DNA from: Heterodontus francisci
Lineage: Eukaryota
Direction of reading: 5' to 3'
DNA length: 64,000 nucleotides
Assembly: GCF_036365525.1 (NCBI RefSeq)
Contig: NW_027141290.1
Coordinates: 880,062 to 944,061 of the forward strand
The first letter of the stretch is position 1; each line of letters begins with the position of its first letter. A program made the translations under genes and the position numbers. Shown here one piece after another: positions 49,801-61,500 of the stretch. The notes under the pieces were generated by a model. The model was given only the letters and a program-made list of their open reading frames with translations, was not told the origin of the DNA and did no database searches.

Positions 49801-50745
49801 ATTATCTCTATAATATCAATTTGTTTTGATATTTTTAGCAAGTGACTTGTATTTTCTAAATGCCTTTGTGATCTCTGTTTTAATCCCACAGATTCTGGTT
49901 AACACAGTTTCACTGCCCGTGCGATCTTCCTGTCTCTACTTAATAATGTCCCGATCATTAATTACTGACCATTTGTGAGCTTTGTTAATGGACGCGTTCA
50001 TATTCGGCCCCTTTGCTATATTTCGATAATAAAATCTGATTGAACGCACAGGCATCATTTCTCACTCACTCATATCCCGAGATCAAGTTTGTCCTCAATA
50101 AGTAATCAGCACATTATCTAGAAACCCCGGTGGTGTGGGAACCCTCAGTCTCACTCTTTGACACCTGACACTAAGATTATAAACTCCGCTGTTGTCTCTC
50201 ACCAATAGGGATCAGTCTATAATCAGCGATGCAGTATCATTAGGAACATTGAGCTGAAATGGTTACAGAATGCTGTGAAAGAGGCTTTCTGTCCGCTGGT
50301 TATACAATGTTTCAAAAAGGATAGAGAGTGAACTCGAATCGATGGCGGAATGTGAAAGCCAATCTGGAAATTGTTACCACATGTAGAATAATACAATATA
50401 AAAAAGATTTTAAAATATTTGCGGTAAAACCAAGTTACCTAAAAATGTGATGATCTATATTGAAGCCGCTCTGTGTTTTACAAATATATTGGCGGGATTT
50501 TCACATTTGAAAACTCGTTTGCAGTCTTACAATTTCGCGCCGTTATTTTCCGCCCTCATCTCCTTGGCGTTTCTGGATTGGTGAATTCAGCCACTCTCTG
50601 ATTGGTCACATGAAGAGTACAATGTCACCCAATGCAGAGTGACAAATCACCAGTGCCCCCGACACCATTCCTCTCGAAGGTATAAATGGGACTATTGTGG
50701 GCGGTTCTCAACATTCTTCCTGAAAGTATTTGTCAGATTGTGGAA

Positions 50746-50924
50746 ATGTCTGGAAGAGGGAAGACCGGTGGTAAAGCTCGGTCCAAGGCCAAGTCTCGCT
50801 CCTCCCGGGCTGGACTGCAGTTCCCTGTGGGCCGTGTTCCCCAAGAAAACCACCGCTCGGAGCACCAAGAGCAAGTGAAGCGGCCTGACTTAAATCTGCG
50901 AACCCAAAGGCTCTTTTCAGAGCC
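50746..50924 (+). pseudogene. H2A: histone H2A pseudogene with 257-nt internal deletion, stem-loop intact
   Basis: MSGRGKTGG...FPVGRV joined out of frame to [15 protein letters not shown] at 50876 and GGCTCTTTTCAGAGCC at 50909-50924. Confidence 0.95.
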
Positions 50925-51563
50925 ACCCACTTTGTCTGTTAAAAGGCTGCTTGCTGTCTGAGAAGGCAATTTTTTAATGCTGGCGCTGCTTTGTATTGGC
51001 CTACAACGAGGGCACTTGCTCCATCGTGTATGTCCCGGCCGAAAAACGGCCCACCTATTCTCATCCCACCTTCCAGCATTCAGACCGTCGCCCTGCAGAT
51101 TACAGCACTTAAGATGCATATCCAGATTCCTTTTGAATGAGTTGGGGGTCTCTGCCTCAACTACCCTTCCAGGCAGTGAGTTCCAGACCACCACCACCCT
51201 CTGGGTGAAAATAAAATTCTCGTTTTCCTCTAATTTTTCTACCTATCACTTTAAACATATGCCGCACAGTCACTGAACTCTCTGCTAAGACTCTTCACCT
51301 CCACTCTCTCCAGGCTCGCCAAAATTTTGCACATTTCAATCAGAACTCCCCTCAGCCTTCTCAGTACTGGATTCGGGCATTTAGCTGCTCGCCTCTGGCG
51401 ATATTTGTCAGGGATTTTAGCAAATCTACCGTTTATGCAAACGAAAGCTTTTACACAATGATCGGCTCTCTAATAAAATGATCTGCTCTAAACCACATTT
51501 CTCTGACAACAGGAGATCGCAGATCTTTGTTTTGCCGATTTGGTGGCTGTTAAAAGAGATGTT

Positions 51564-51919
51564 TAGTTTAGTTTTGTTTAGAGATACAGCACTGAAACAG
51601 GCCCTTCGGCCCACCGAGTCTGTGCCGACCATCAACCACCCATTTATACTAATCCTGCACTAATTCCATATTCCAACTACATCCCCACCTGTCCCTATAT
51701 TTCCCTACCACCTACCTATACTAGGGGCAATTGCTAATGGCCAATTTACCTATCAACCTGCAAGTCTTTGGCATGTGGGAGGAAACCGGAGCACCCGGAG
51801 GAAACCCACGCAGACACAGGGAGAACTTGCAAACTCCACACAGGCAGCACCCAGAATTGAACCCGGGTCGCTGGAGCTGTGAGTCTGCAATGCTAACCAC
51901 TGCACCACTGTGCCGCCCC
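51564..51919 (-). mobile_element. full-length V-SINE (HE1-like) inserted in H3 3' UTR
   Basis: tRNA head GGGGCGGCACAGTGGTGCAGTGGTTAGC...GGGTTCAATTC, V domain, CR1-like tail GGGCCGAAGGGCCTGTT and (CTAAA)n. Candidate TSD ATGTT at 51559 and 51920. Confidence 0.92.
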
Positions 51920-51951
51920 ATGTTGTGTTATTTGATGCCAATCTCAGATCA

Positions 51952-52431
<480 letters not shown>

Positions 52432-53031
52432 CTATTTAAGACAGTGGAGGGACCGCCCTTGTGTTGTGATTGGATGCAGCCCCGTCCATCAGTCAGTTTG
52501 AAATCAGCTCCGGGAAGTCAAAGGGCGGCGGGAAATGCTGTGCACTGATTGGTTGAACTGTAACTGAAACTGAAATTTTATCAATTTCAAAAAGGCCGCC
52601 AATTTCAGATGAGCAAACAAGGCAAAGATTAAAAAGCACCTAATTTGGCGGGAACAATTATAAAATCTCACTCCTTGTACGTTTATTTCTTTCCTCCGAG
52701 ATCCCCCTCTGTGTTTTACAACACAGTTTGAATAGTTTTCTCTGGCGGGAATAAAGCGCCAGTCATTACTTACTATAACGGCAGTAAATTCCGCTTCGTG
52801 CCGGCAGTTCAGACCCTCAGGAATAAATTATCAAATGCAAACGTTTAATTCATGACGCGTTCGATAAATAATGAAGAGAAAAAGACAGTGAAATTTATGT
52901 GACATGTAAATTTACTGAGAGAAGGTAATGATGTATAAAAGCCTTTCTTGATAAAGATAAACAATATTCAGATAACTTGATCTTATTAATTCAAGTTGCC
53001 ATGTCACTGCTCTCTCTGTGAGTCTTTGGGT

Positions 53032-53047
53032 GGCTCTTAGAAGAGCC
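53032..53047 (-). terminator. histone 3' stem-loop (H4)
   Basis: Reverse complement is GGCTCTTCTAAGAGCC ACCCA, followed by CAGAGAGAGCAG. Confidence 0.93.
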
Positions 53048-53076
53048 TTTGTGTTTGGTACAAAGGGTGGATTTGT

Positions 53077-53397
<321 letters not shown>

Positions 53398-54127
53398 TCA
53401 CTCAACTCGTTGCTGAATGAGAAACGAGCTGTTTCTGCTGCCTTTTTTATGCAGCTCGCCCGGACCTGACTGAAAAACGGGCAGAGAGTGAGAGGCAGGG
53501 CAGGTAGGAAATTGAGTGACAGACAGAGCTGTGAAATGTCTTTCATCCTCCAGCTCCGCCTCCCACTTGCTTCAACCGCCAATTCAAAAACAAAACTCTC
53601 AACAATAGAGCTCAGCACAAAACTTCCAGACTCGGCCTTTATAGTCAAAGATAACAGAAACCCGGAGCTGTCAAATAAGGATCTATAACAATTAAAAGTT
53701 GATCATCTACCCGCCTAAGCACAGTGCTTCCGATCACAAGTCAACCCGTTTCCACACACCTCCCCTCCCAGACGGATTGAGTATTTTGCTAACACCTTAC
53801 CCCAGCTGAATTAGAGAAACTCATGTATTGGGGTTTGAGTTGTGACGCGGGAATTCTCGCCAGTATTCCTGTGTTAGACCCTCTCACTCTGAATTAGTGA
53901 AAGGAGCATGAACTGAGACTGTACCGAACATATCCCCAGTTGCAGTGAGGACGGGACATCCCTCTGTTTAGTTGCAGAGAGTGGGGGAAGGGCTGAGTGC
54001 AATGTATGTCAGCGAGTCACCAGGGATCCTGTATTTACTTCCCATCATTTCTATGTGAAATGTGCACACGGCGGCGGGACAGGGATCATTTGATAGGGGG
54101 ATCAGCTCTTTCCTGAGAAATGTGGGT

Positions 54128-54143
54128 GGCTCTGAAAAGAGCC
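54128..54143 (-). terminator. histone 3' stem-loop (H1)
   Basis: Reverse complement is GGCTCTTTTCAGAGCC, followed by GGAAAGAGCTG. Confidence 0.95.
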
Positions 54144-54179
54144 TTTGGGTTCAGATGTCTGCAAGTTTCCCGTGCAGTT

Positions 54180-54862
54180 TCACTTCTTTCCAGGGGCTGC
54201 TTTCTGAGCCTTTGCTGCTTTCGGCTTGGTCTTGCCCCTTGATGATTGAACTTTCTTGAGCACCTTTCCGCACTCTTGGGTTTTTTGGCCTTCTTCACAG
54301 GAGACTTTTTCGGAAGCGCTGCTTACTTCGCTGGGGATTTCTTTGGCGTTGCCGCCTTCTTGCTGGTCACTTTCTTGCCTGCTGCTTTCTTCGCTGCCGA
54401 TTTCTTGGCTGCTAGTTCCTTGACTGGTAATTTCTTGGCTGCTGATTTCTTTGCTGTCACTTTCTTGCCAGCTGTTTTCTTCACGAAAGTTTTTTTGCCT
54501 GCTCCTGACTTGACTTTCTTTCCCACATTTCCCTTGGTTCCCTGCTTCGGGATTCTGAAGGAGCCGGAGGCGCCCGTTCCATTGCACTGCACCAGGGAGC
54601 CTTTATTCACATTCCTCCTGATACTTTGCTTGATTTGGGTCCTGTACTTCCCCACATCCACACCGCTCCGACCCAGACCCTTCTTTATGGCGGGCAGTGA
54701 GGTCCCCTTGCGATCGGAGCAATCCGCCACAATCTTGAGGATCTTCTCGCTCAACGTGGGACCGGCTGACTTGTTCCGGGGAGCCGCTTTCTTCTTCTTA
54801 GGAGTCTTGACTTCAGCGGCGGCGGCTGGAGGAGCCGTTTCGGCGCCTGCTGTATCGGTCAT
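54180..54862 (-). pseudogene. H1: histone H1 with premature stop (179-aa ORF, 54862-54323)
   Basis: Intact N-tail and globular domain (GSLVQCNGTGASGSFRI). AAA>TAA at 54325, then a 10-nt deletion. Original TGA at 54182-54180. Confidence 0.9.
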
Positions 54863-55439
54863 GTCCGGGACTCTGCACAAATTCTCTCTGTCAGTCAGAA
54901 CTGGGTCAGAAATGAAGCCGGTGGGGGCGGCACAGAGCAACTTAAAGGCAGTGAGCGGACGGGGGCGGAGACAACCTGCTGTTTCTCTCTGGTCCTAAAC
55001 TCTCCAATTCCACTGAAATTCGGGTACTGCAAAATCCCAGACTAGATCCTTCCTGTCTCTAACATCAGAATGCTTGCTGTCGAAAAGTTTGTACTTGAAG
55101 TAAAGACTCCATTTTTGACTGAAACCCGTTTTATTGCTGCACTGATGGCGCTCTCTCCCCCGATCACTGACATGTTCTCCACTTTTGGACTGAAATCTTG
55201 AAATCAACAAAGAAACTACACTGAATTCCCACTTTGGGGATGAGAAGGGGAGCAATGTGGTTCTTTGACTGGAAAATCTTTTTATTTTACACAGGAGGGA
55301 CTCGGACTCGGACCCACAAACACAGTGACATTAGACTAACCCGTCAGCACCTTTAATACACTCTGTCCTACACAATATTCACATCTACACATTTTCATGT
55401 CGAACTGTTCGCTAAATGTAGAGTTCCCAGGACAGGTTT

Positions 55440-56465
55440 TGATCTCTCTGCTGAGGTCAATAGACCCTTCAGCTCTACTCTATCCAGGCCGTTCAACATT
55501 TTATACATTTCAATCAAATCTCCCGTCAGCCTTCTCTGTTCCAAGGAGAACAACCACAGTCTTTCCAATCTTTCCTCATAGCTGCATTATTCAGTCCCAG
55601 CAACATCCTCGTAAATCTCCTCTGTACCCTCTCTGGTGCAGTTACATCCTTTCTGTAATGAGGTGACCAGAACTGCACACAGGACTCAAGTTGTGGCCTA
55701 ACCAATGATGATAAAGTTCCAGCATAACCTTCCTCCTCATATATTCTATACCTCAGCTAATAAAGGCATGGATTCCATATGTCTATTAACCATATTACCG
55801 CACTGCCCTGTCACCTTCAGGGATCTGTGGACATTTACTCCAAGGTCCCTCACCTCCTCTGCACCTCTCAGTATTTTCTCATTAATCGTGTATTCCTTTG
55901 CATTGTTTGACCTCCCCAAGTGCATCACGTCACACTTCTCCGGGTTGAATTCTATGCACCACTTTTCTACCCTTCTGACCTGACCATAAACATCTTCCTC
56001 TAGTCCACAGCAATCCTCCTCTCTATCTACCACACGGCCAATATTGGTGTCGTCTGTAAACTTCTTGATCGTGTCCCTCAACATTTATGTCCAACTTGTT
56101 CATATAGATCATCAACAAAACAGGGGACCCATTACTGAGCCCTGGGGAAAACCACTGGAAGCAGCCCTCCAGTCTCAAAAGCAGCCGTCAACAATTACTC
56201 TGCGTTTCCTTCCACTGAGGCAATTTTGCATCCAACTTGCTGCATTTCCCTGGATCCCATTAAATTTTATTTTATAAAGAGTCTGCCTTTTGGGGGCCTG
56301 TCAAAAGCTAAAATTCATGTCGAATCCATCAACTGCACTACCCTGATCTGTCATCCTTTTAAAAATTCAATTCAGTTGGCACGTGCCTTTCTAAGTGACA
56401 GTTTATCTTGTCTCAGAATATATTTCAATAATTTACCCACTGCTGAGGTTAGACTGACTGGCCTG
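55440..56465 (-). mobile_element. degraded CR1 RT segment (mirror of 13955-14985)
   Basis: KKFTDDTNIGRVV and FNPEKCDVMHLGRSN. Confidence 0.92.
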
Positions 56466-56824
56466 TAATTATTGAGTTTTAGGCTGAACTGTAAGATTCG
56501 TTTTATCTCGAAAGATCCGCCTGGGGAAACAGACGTTACAATCTGATTAAATTGATCTGTGACTGTAACTATCAGATATTAACTCCTGCCCCATTCCGGC
56601 AAACACATCGACTCTCTCGGAGGTTCACTTTGAGAATTCGAGCTAATGAACAGCAAACATAGTGCAGAGAATGATCTCAAGTTGAGCTTGGTAAAGGGTT
56701 CATCTCCCAGCTGGAAACCTTCTCTAATCTTGCCCACAGTCCCGGTTCCATTGCTCAAAATCAGATAAAACTGAACTGGAGAAAGTTCCGATTGATTATT
56801 GTTGTTCAAACTGTTGCCGAATGA

Positions 56825-57310
56825 AGCACATGCGCGGTACAGCCCCGCCTCCACCGGTGATTGTGAATGAGCGAACGAGCGCATGCGCGCTCCCCTACTC
56901 CAGCAAATCTGTTGAACACCATTTACTCAGTGAGCGGTAAGAGTTTGTTTTTAACAGAGGGAATGGAGATATTGCAGCCTAGGGGTAAGGCAGTAAACAG
57001 CAATCTGCTTCCAGCAGCACATTGCTTTGGGATCCTGTCCGCAGTCTGGACCAGAGATCTCCATTGACTCCGGGGCAAGTTCAGGGAGAGTCGCGGGCTG
57101 TTTGTGAGAGGCACTGTGGAGGATGAACTGATCCCGGAACATGGAGTGAGCGGCGGAATGGAGAGGCCTTTCCCGGCCTGTGTGTGCACTAGGTAAGTGA
57201 GACCGAACGTGAATAAGCTGCTGTTGAAAATCTTTTCTGTTTCTCGCCTCAGTTCTGTAATACATGTTCGTGGTTTAACTCCTGTTTCACGCTGTTTACT
57301 GTGAGTGTAC
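56825..57310 (+). promoter_or_regulatory. CpG-rich promoter/first-exon module (mirror of 12935-13420)
   Basis: GCGCATGCGC at 56879-56888, CCCCGCC, and donors GG|GTAAGG near 56985, AG|GTAAGT near 57193, GTGAGT at 57301. Confidence 0.6.
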
Positions 57311-57421
57311 CTTTCAAGTGTTCACCTGCCTCGGCTCAACTATCACCAGTAACCTGTCTGTAGATGCAGAAATCAACAAGTGCATGGGTAAGGCTTCCAC
57401 TGCTATGTCCAGACTGGCCAA
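57310..57421 (+). mobile_element. internal RTE-clade RT fragment
   Basis: FTCLGSTITSNLSVDAEINKCMGKASTAMSRL matches the RTE/BovB FTYLGS...EINxRIGKA motif. It has no 3' tail and replaces left-arm 12581-12932. Confidence 0.8.
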
Positions 57422-58086
57422 ATCTGATCTGCACAAACATCACTCAGGTAATCGCAATCTTGGAAGAGTGCAGATGTTGGCTTGTTTCTGGATGTCACTA
57501 AATTGTTGTAAATCGGTTAAAACACCTGATCAGCAGATGCTGAGATCTGCAGTGAAATCAGACACTGACATTCTTTGTATTTCTGGTGAGTATTTGTGGT
57601 TAGTAATAATGATTATTAATTGAAATGTTACATTAATCTCTTTTCTAGCTTCCACCTCAACTGATCTTCAGTTACAAGATATATTATTCTTCCTTTCTGT
57701 CGGCAAATACTTCCAGGGAACAAAATGAATGTGATGATTCCCAGGCACAAGGAAATGTGCAGTCAGCTCCTTGCAACACAGAGTAGGTTTGTTATCACTC
57801 CCAGAGGCCATCAGTTAATTCCAGAGTCACATGGAGCAGAAATAGTCAAACTCTCACTGATCCCAAGTTCAGAGACACATTTTCAATCCAGCAATCAAAC
57901 AAAGCAGAAGAGACAGACATTGTTTCGAATCCATTCCAATTCTGTACTGCTGAAAGTTAGGTGCCTCAATCTCAATTCAAAAGCACACCCACGATCAAAT
58001 TGAAAGACACCATATCAATCTCACAAGAGGGACACATCCTGGAGACAGTAAAATAGAGAGTGAATCTCACCCTCACATACCTGAAA

Positions 58087-58590
58087 CTGTGTGCAGTTCT
58101 GGTCACCTAATTACAGAAAGAATGTAACTGGACTGGAGTGTGTTCAGAGGAGATTTATTTGGATGTTGCCAGGGCTGGAAAAATGCAGCTGTGTGGAAAG
58201 ATTGGATAGGCTGCGGTTTTTCTCTTTGGAACAATGAAGGCTGAGGGGAGATCTGATTGAAATCTACAGAATTTTGAGGGACCTGGACAGTTTGGAGGTG
58301 AAGGGTCTATTCACATTAACAGAGAGGTCAGTGACGAAGGCCAGAGATTTAAAGTGATTGGTAGAAAAATTAGAGGGGAGATGAGGGAAAGAAAATCACC
58401 CAGAGGGTGTTGGGGGTCTGGAACTCACTGCCTGAAAGGATAGTTGAGGCAGGAACCCTCAACTAATTCAGAAGTACTCTGGCAAGGCACCTCAAATGCC
58501 GTCAACTGCAGGGTTCCGGACCAAATCCTGGAAGGTGGGATTAGAACAAGTGGCCTCTTTCCGTGCCTTAAACTTTCTATGATTCTATGG
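58087..58590 (+). mobile_element. CR1 3' fragment (mirror of 11415-11918)
   Basis: TGTGTGCAGTTCTGGTCACC and AGGCTGAGGGGAGATCTGATTGAA. Confidence 0.8.
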
Positions 58591-58599
58591 AATTGATGA

Positions 58600-61500
58600 T
58601 TAAACAGACAGACACAGAGTGAAATTCACAATTACAAATTATTAAAGAGTTAAAGTAAAGATTAAAACCTCCAGCCACAGAAGGGAGACTGACAGCTACA
58701 GTGAAGAAAATAAAACCACTCACATGCAAGAGACTGCAGATAGAAAATAACACCAGAGTCCCCTAACAGAGACAGACAGTTACCACGTAAAACACATGGA
58801 CACATACCAGAGACTGAGAGGGACAAAGGAAAATCAATTCTCCAAAAAGAGAAATTGAATGAGAGGAATAACACACATACTTGTGTAGTAGACATTGATA
58901 GCTGCAGAACAAAAGAAAATGTGCACACACACCTATCAGGAACTGTAAGCTGCAGATTAAAACACACAGACCAAAAATAGAAAGGTTCAGAGAAAAGCCC
59001 CATATCACACACTCGAGTTTGAAAGATACAGAATAAATCCACACTGTTATATATTAACTTTACAGGTGCAGCTTAACAGTGACACTCACATACCAGAAAC
59101 CAACTGGTGCAAAGGAAAACTCACTCAAGTAACAGAAACTGACAGGTAAAGATCAAAAACCATAATTATATACAGAAAATGGCAGGTATAGAATAAAACA
59201 ACAATCACATATTGGAAGTTGGCAGGTGGGGGGGCGGGGGGGGGGACACCTGCATGTTCCATAAACTGACAGGTACAGAGTAAAATAAACATTCATATAC
59301 TATCAATGGACAGGTGCAGATTTAACCCCTCATTCAATTAACAGAAGCTGAAAGGTGCTCACTCAAATTCCAAAATTGAAAGATACAGAATAAACCCACA
59401 TTCACACACCAGATACTGACAGGAACAGAACCCACATGCCACTCACAGAAACAGATAGGGACAGAACAAAGGCCACAATCACATACCAGAAACTGACAGG
59501 GAAAGATAAAAACCTTCACACATTTCAGAAAGTAACAGGTGCAGGATAACTGCCTCCCTCACATATGAGAAACTGACAGATATAGATTGACACCCAGACT
59601 CGCATACCAGAAAATAACAGGTAAAGATTAAAATCTACATTTACATATCAGAAAATAGCAACTGCAGTATAAAAGCCACACTCAACTAGCAGAGACTGAC
59701 AGACACAGAGTGAAATCCACAGTGAATTCCAAGAAATTTACTGTTAGAGAGTGAAAATCTCTCATCCATAACTGACAGACACTAAGAAAACCCAACACTT
59801 GCACTTCACACTCTGACAGACGCAGAATAAAACACACACATAATTAAGAAGATTTATAAACCAGATACTGACAGATACAGACTAAAACTCAATGTCACTT
59901 AACATAAACTGACAGATGCAGAATAAATTCAGCAGTCACAGACCAGAGAATGAAATGTACAAAGTAAACCTCACAGACACATGTCAGAAATTGCCATGTA
60001 CAGATTAAAAATCATACTCACATTCTAGAGAATGTAGAGATGTGGTGTACAATCCAGACTCAAAAGCCAGACTAAAAATCGTACTTGTATACCAGACCGT
60101 GACATAGACAGGTTAAAAACCATAAGTGCACATTAGAAATTTAAATGCACAGGTTAAAACTTAAATTTACAAACCAGACAATCAAAGATAAAGAGTGAAC
60201 ACCACTCATATACAAGAAAGTGTTCGATTAACAGTCAAACCCACATTCACATGCAGTAAAGTGAGGGGCACAAGTTCAAGAAACACAAACAAACATCAGA
60301 AACTGAAAGATACAGAATAAGATGTTTCTCACATAAAACAAAGTGCCAGATACAGACAAACCCACACTCAAAATCAGAAACTGACAGAGATAAACTGTAG
60401 ACTAGGGATTGAGAGAGAAAGAGTGAAACTTACACCCGTGTCCAAGAACCTGAATAATACAGCAAAAGAAGTGAAAAAAAACACTCACCCACGATAAAAG
60501 AATAAAACTGCACTAACACACCAGAAACTGACAGGCATGAAGCAAACCCCCGTGCCACCCCCCACCCCCTCCCCCCGCACCCAATACAGAAAAACACAAC
60601 AGAAACTGACAGCCATGAAATAAAAGCTACACACACATACCAGAAAGTGACAAGTACAGTTCCATACTGAAAAATACAAGGAAACAAGATAAAAACCAAC
60701 ACTCACGATTCTGAGTTAGACTGAGGTAGAGTAAAATCTTGATGCAAATACCAGAGACTGACTGGTACAGATATAAAACTCAATCAATAAGAAAGTGCGA
60801 GGTGCAGAGTAAACCCCACAAATGGGGATCAGAATGAAACTGGTACAAAGTAAAATTCAAACCAACTTTTCAGAAACAGACAGGTAACAAGAAGAAAGAA
60901 AGACACAACCTCAAAGACCAGAGTATGAGGGTTACAGAGTAAAACCCATGCTCGTTTATCAGGAATTGCCATGTACAGAATTAAAAACCTCTCATTCACA
61001 CTAGAAACTTACAGGTACCAAGGAAATCCCACACTCACACTTCAGAGACTGACAAATATTCAGAAAAAATACCGTTTTAACAGAGATTGACAGGAACAGA
61101 ATTAAGCACACCATCAAGATAAACAAATGGCAGATTCAGCATAAATCACAAATTCCCATTGCAGAGATTGACATGCACAGAGTAAAATGAACACCTATTC
61201 CGCAGAAATTAACAATCACCCTTTAAAAGTACAGTCACAGAATAGAAACTGTCCGTTCAAGGTCGAAGCAGATTCACAGAACAAATTGAAATATACAGTG
61301 TGAACCTCCTACTCAAACACCAGAAGCTAATAGGTACACAGTAAAAAGTAAAACTGATAATGACATACCAGACACAGACAGACAGAAAAAAGCCAATATC
61401 ACGTAGCAGAATCTGACAAATACAGAATAAAATGTATAGTAGCAGATCAGATATTGACAGGAAAAGCACTACCATAAAGCAACAAGTACAGAATAATGGC

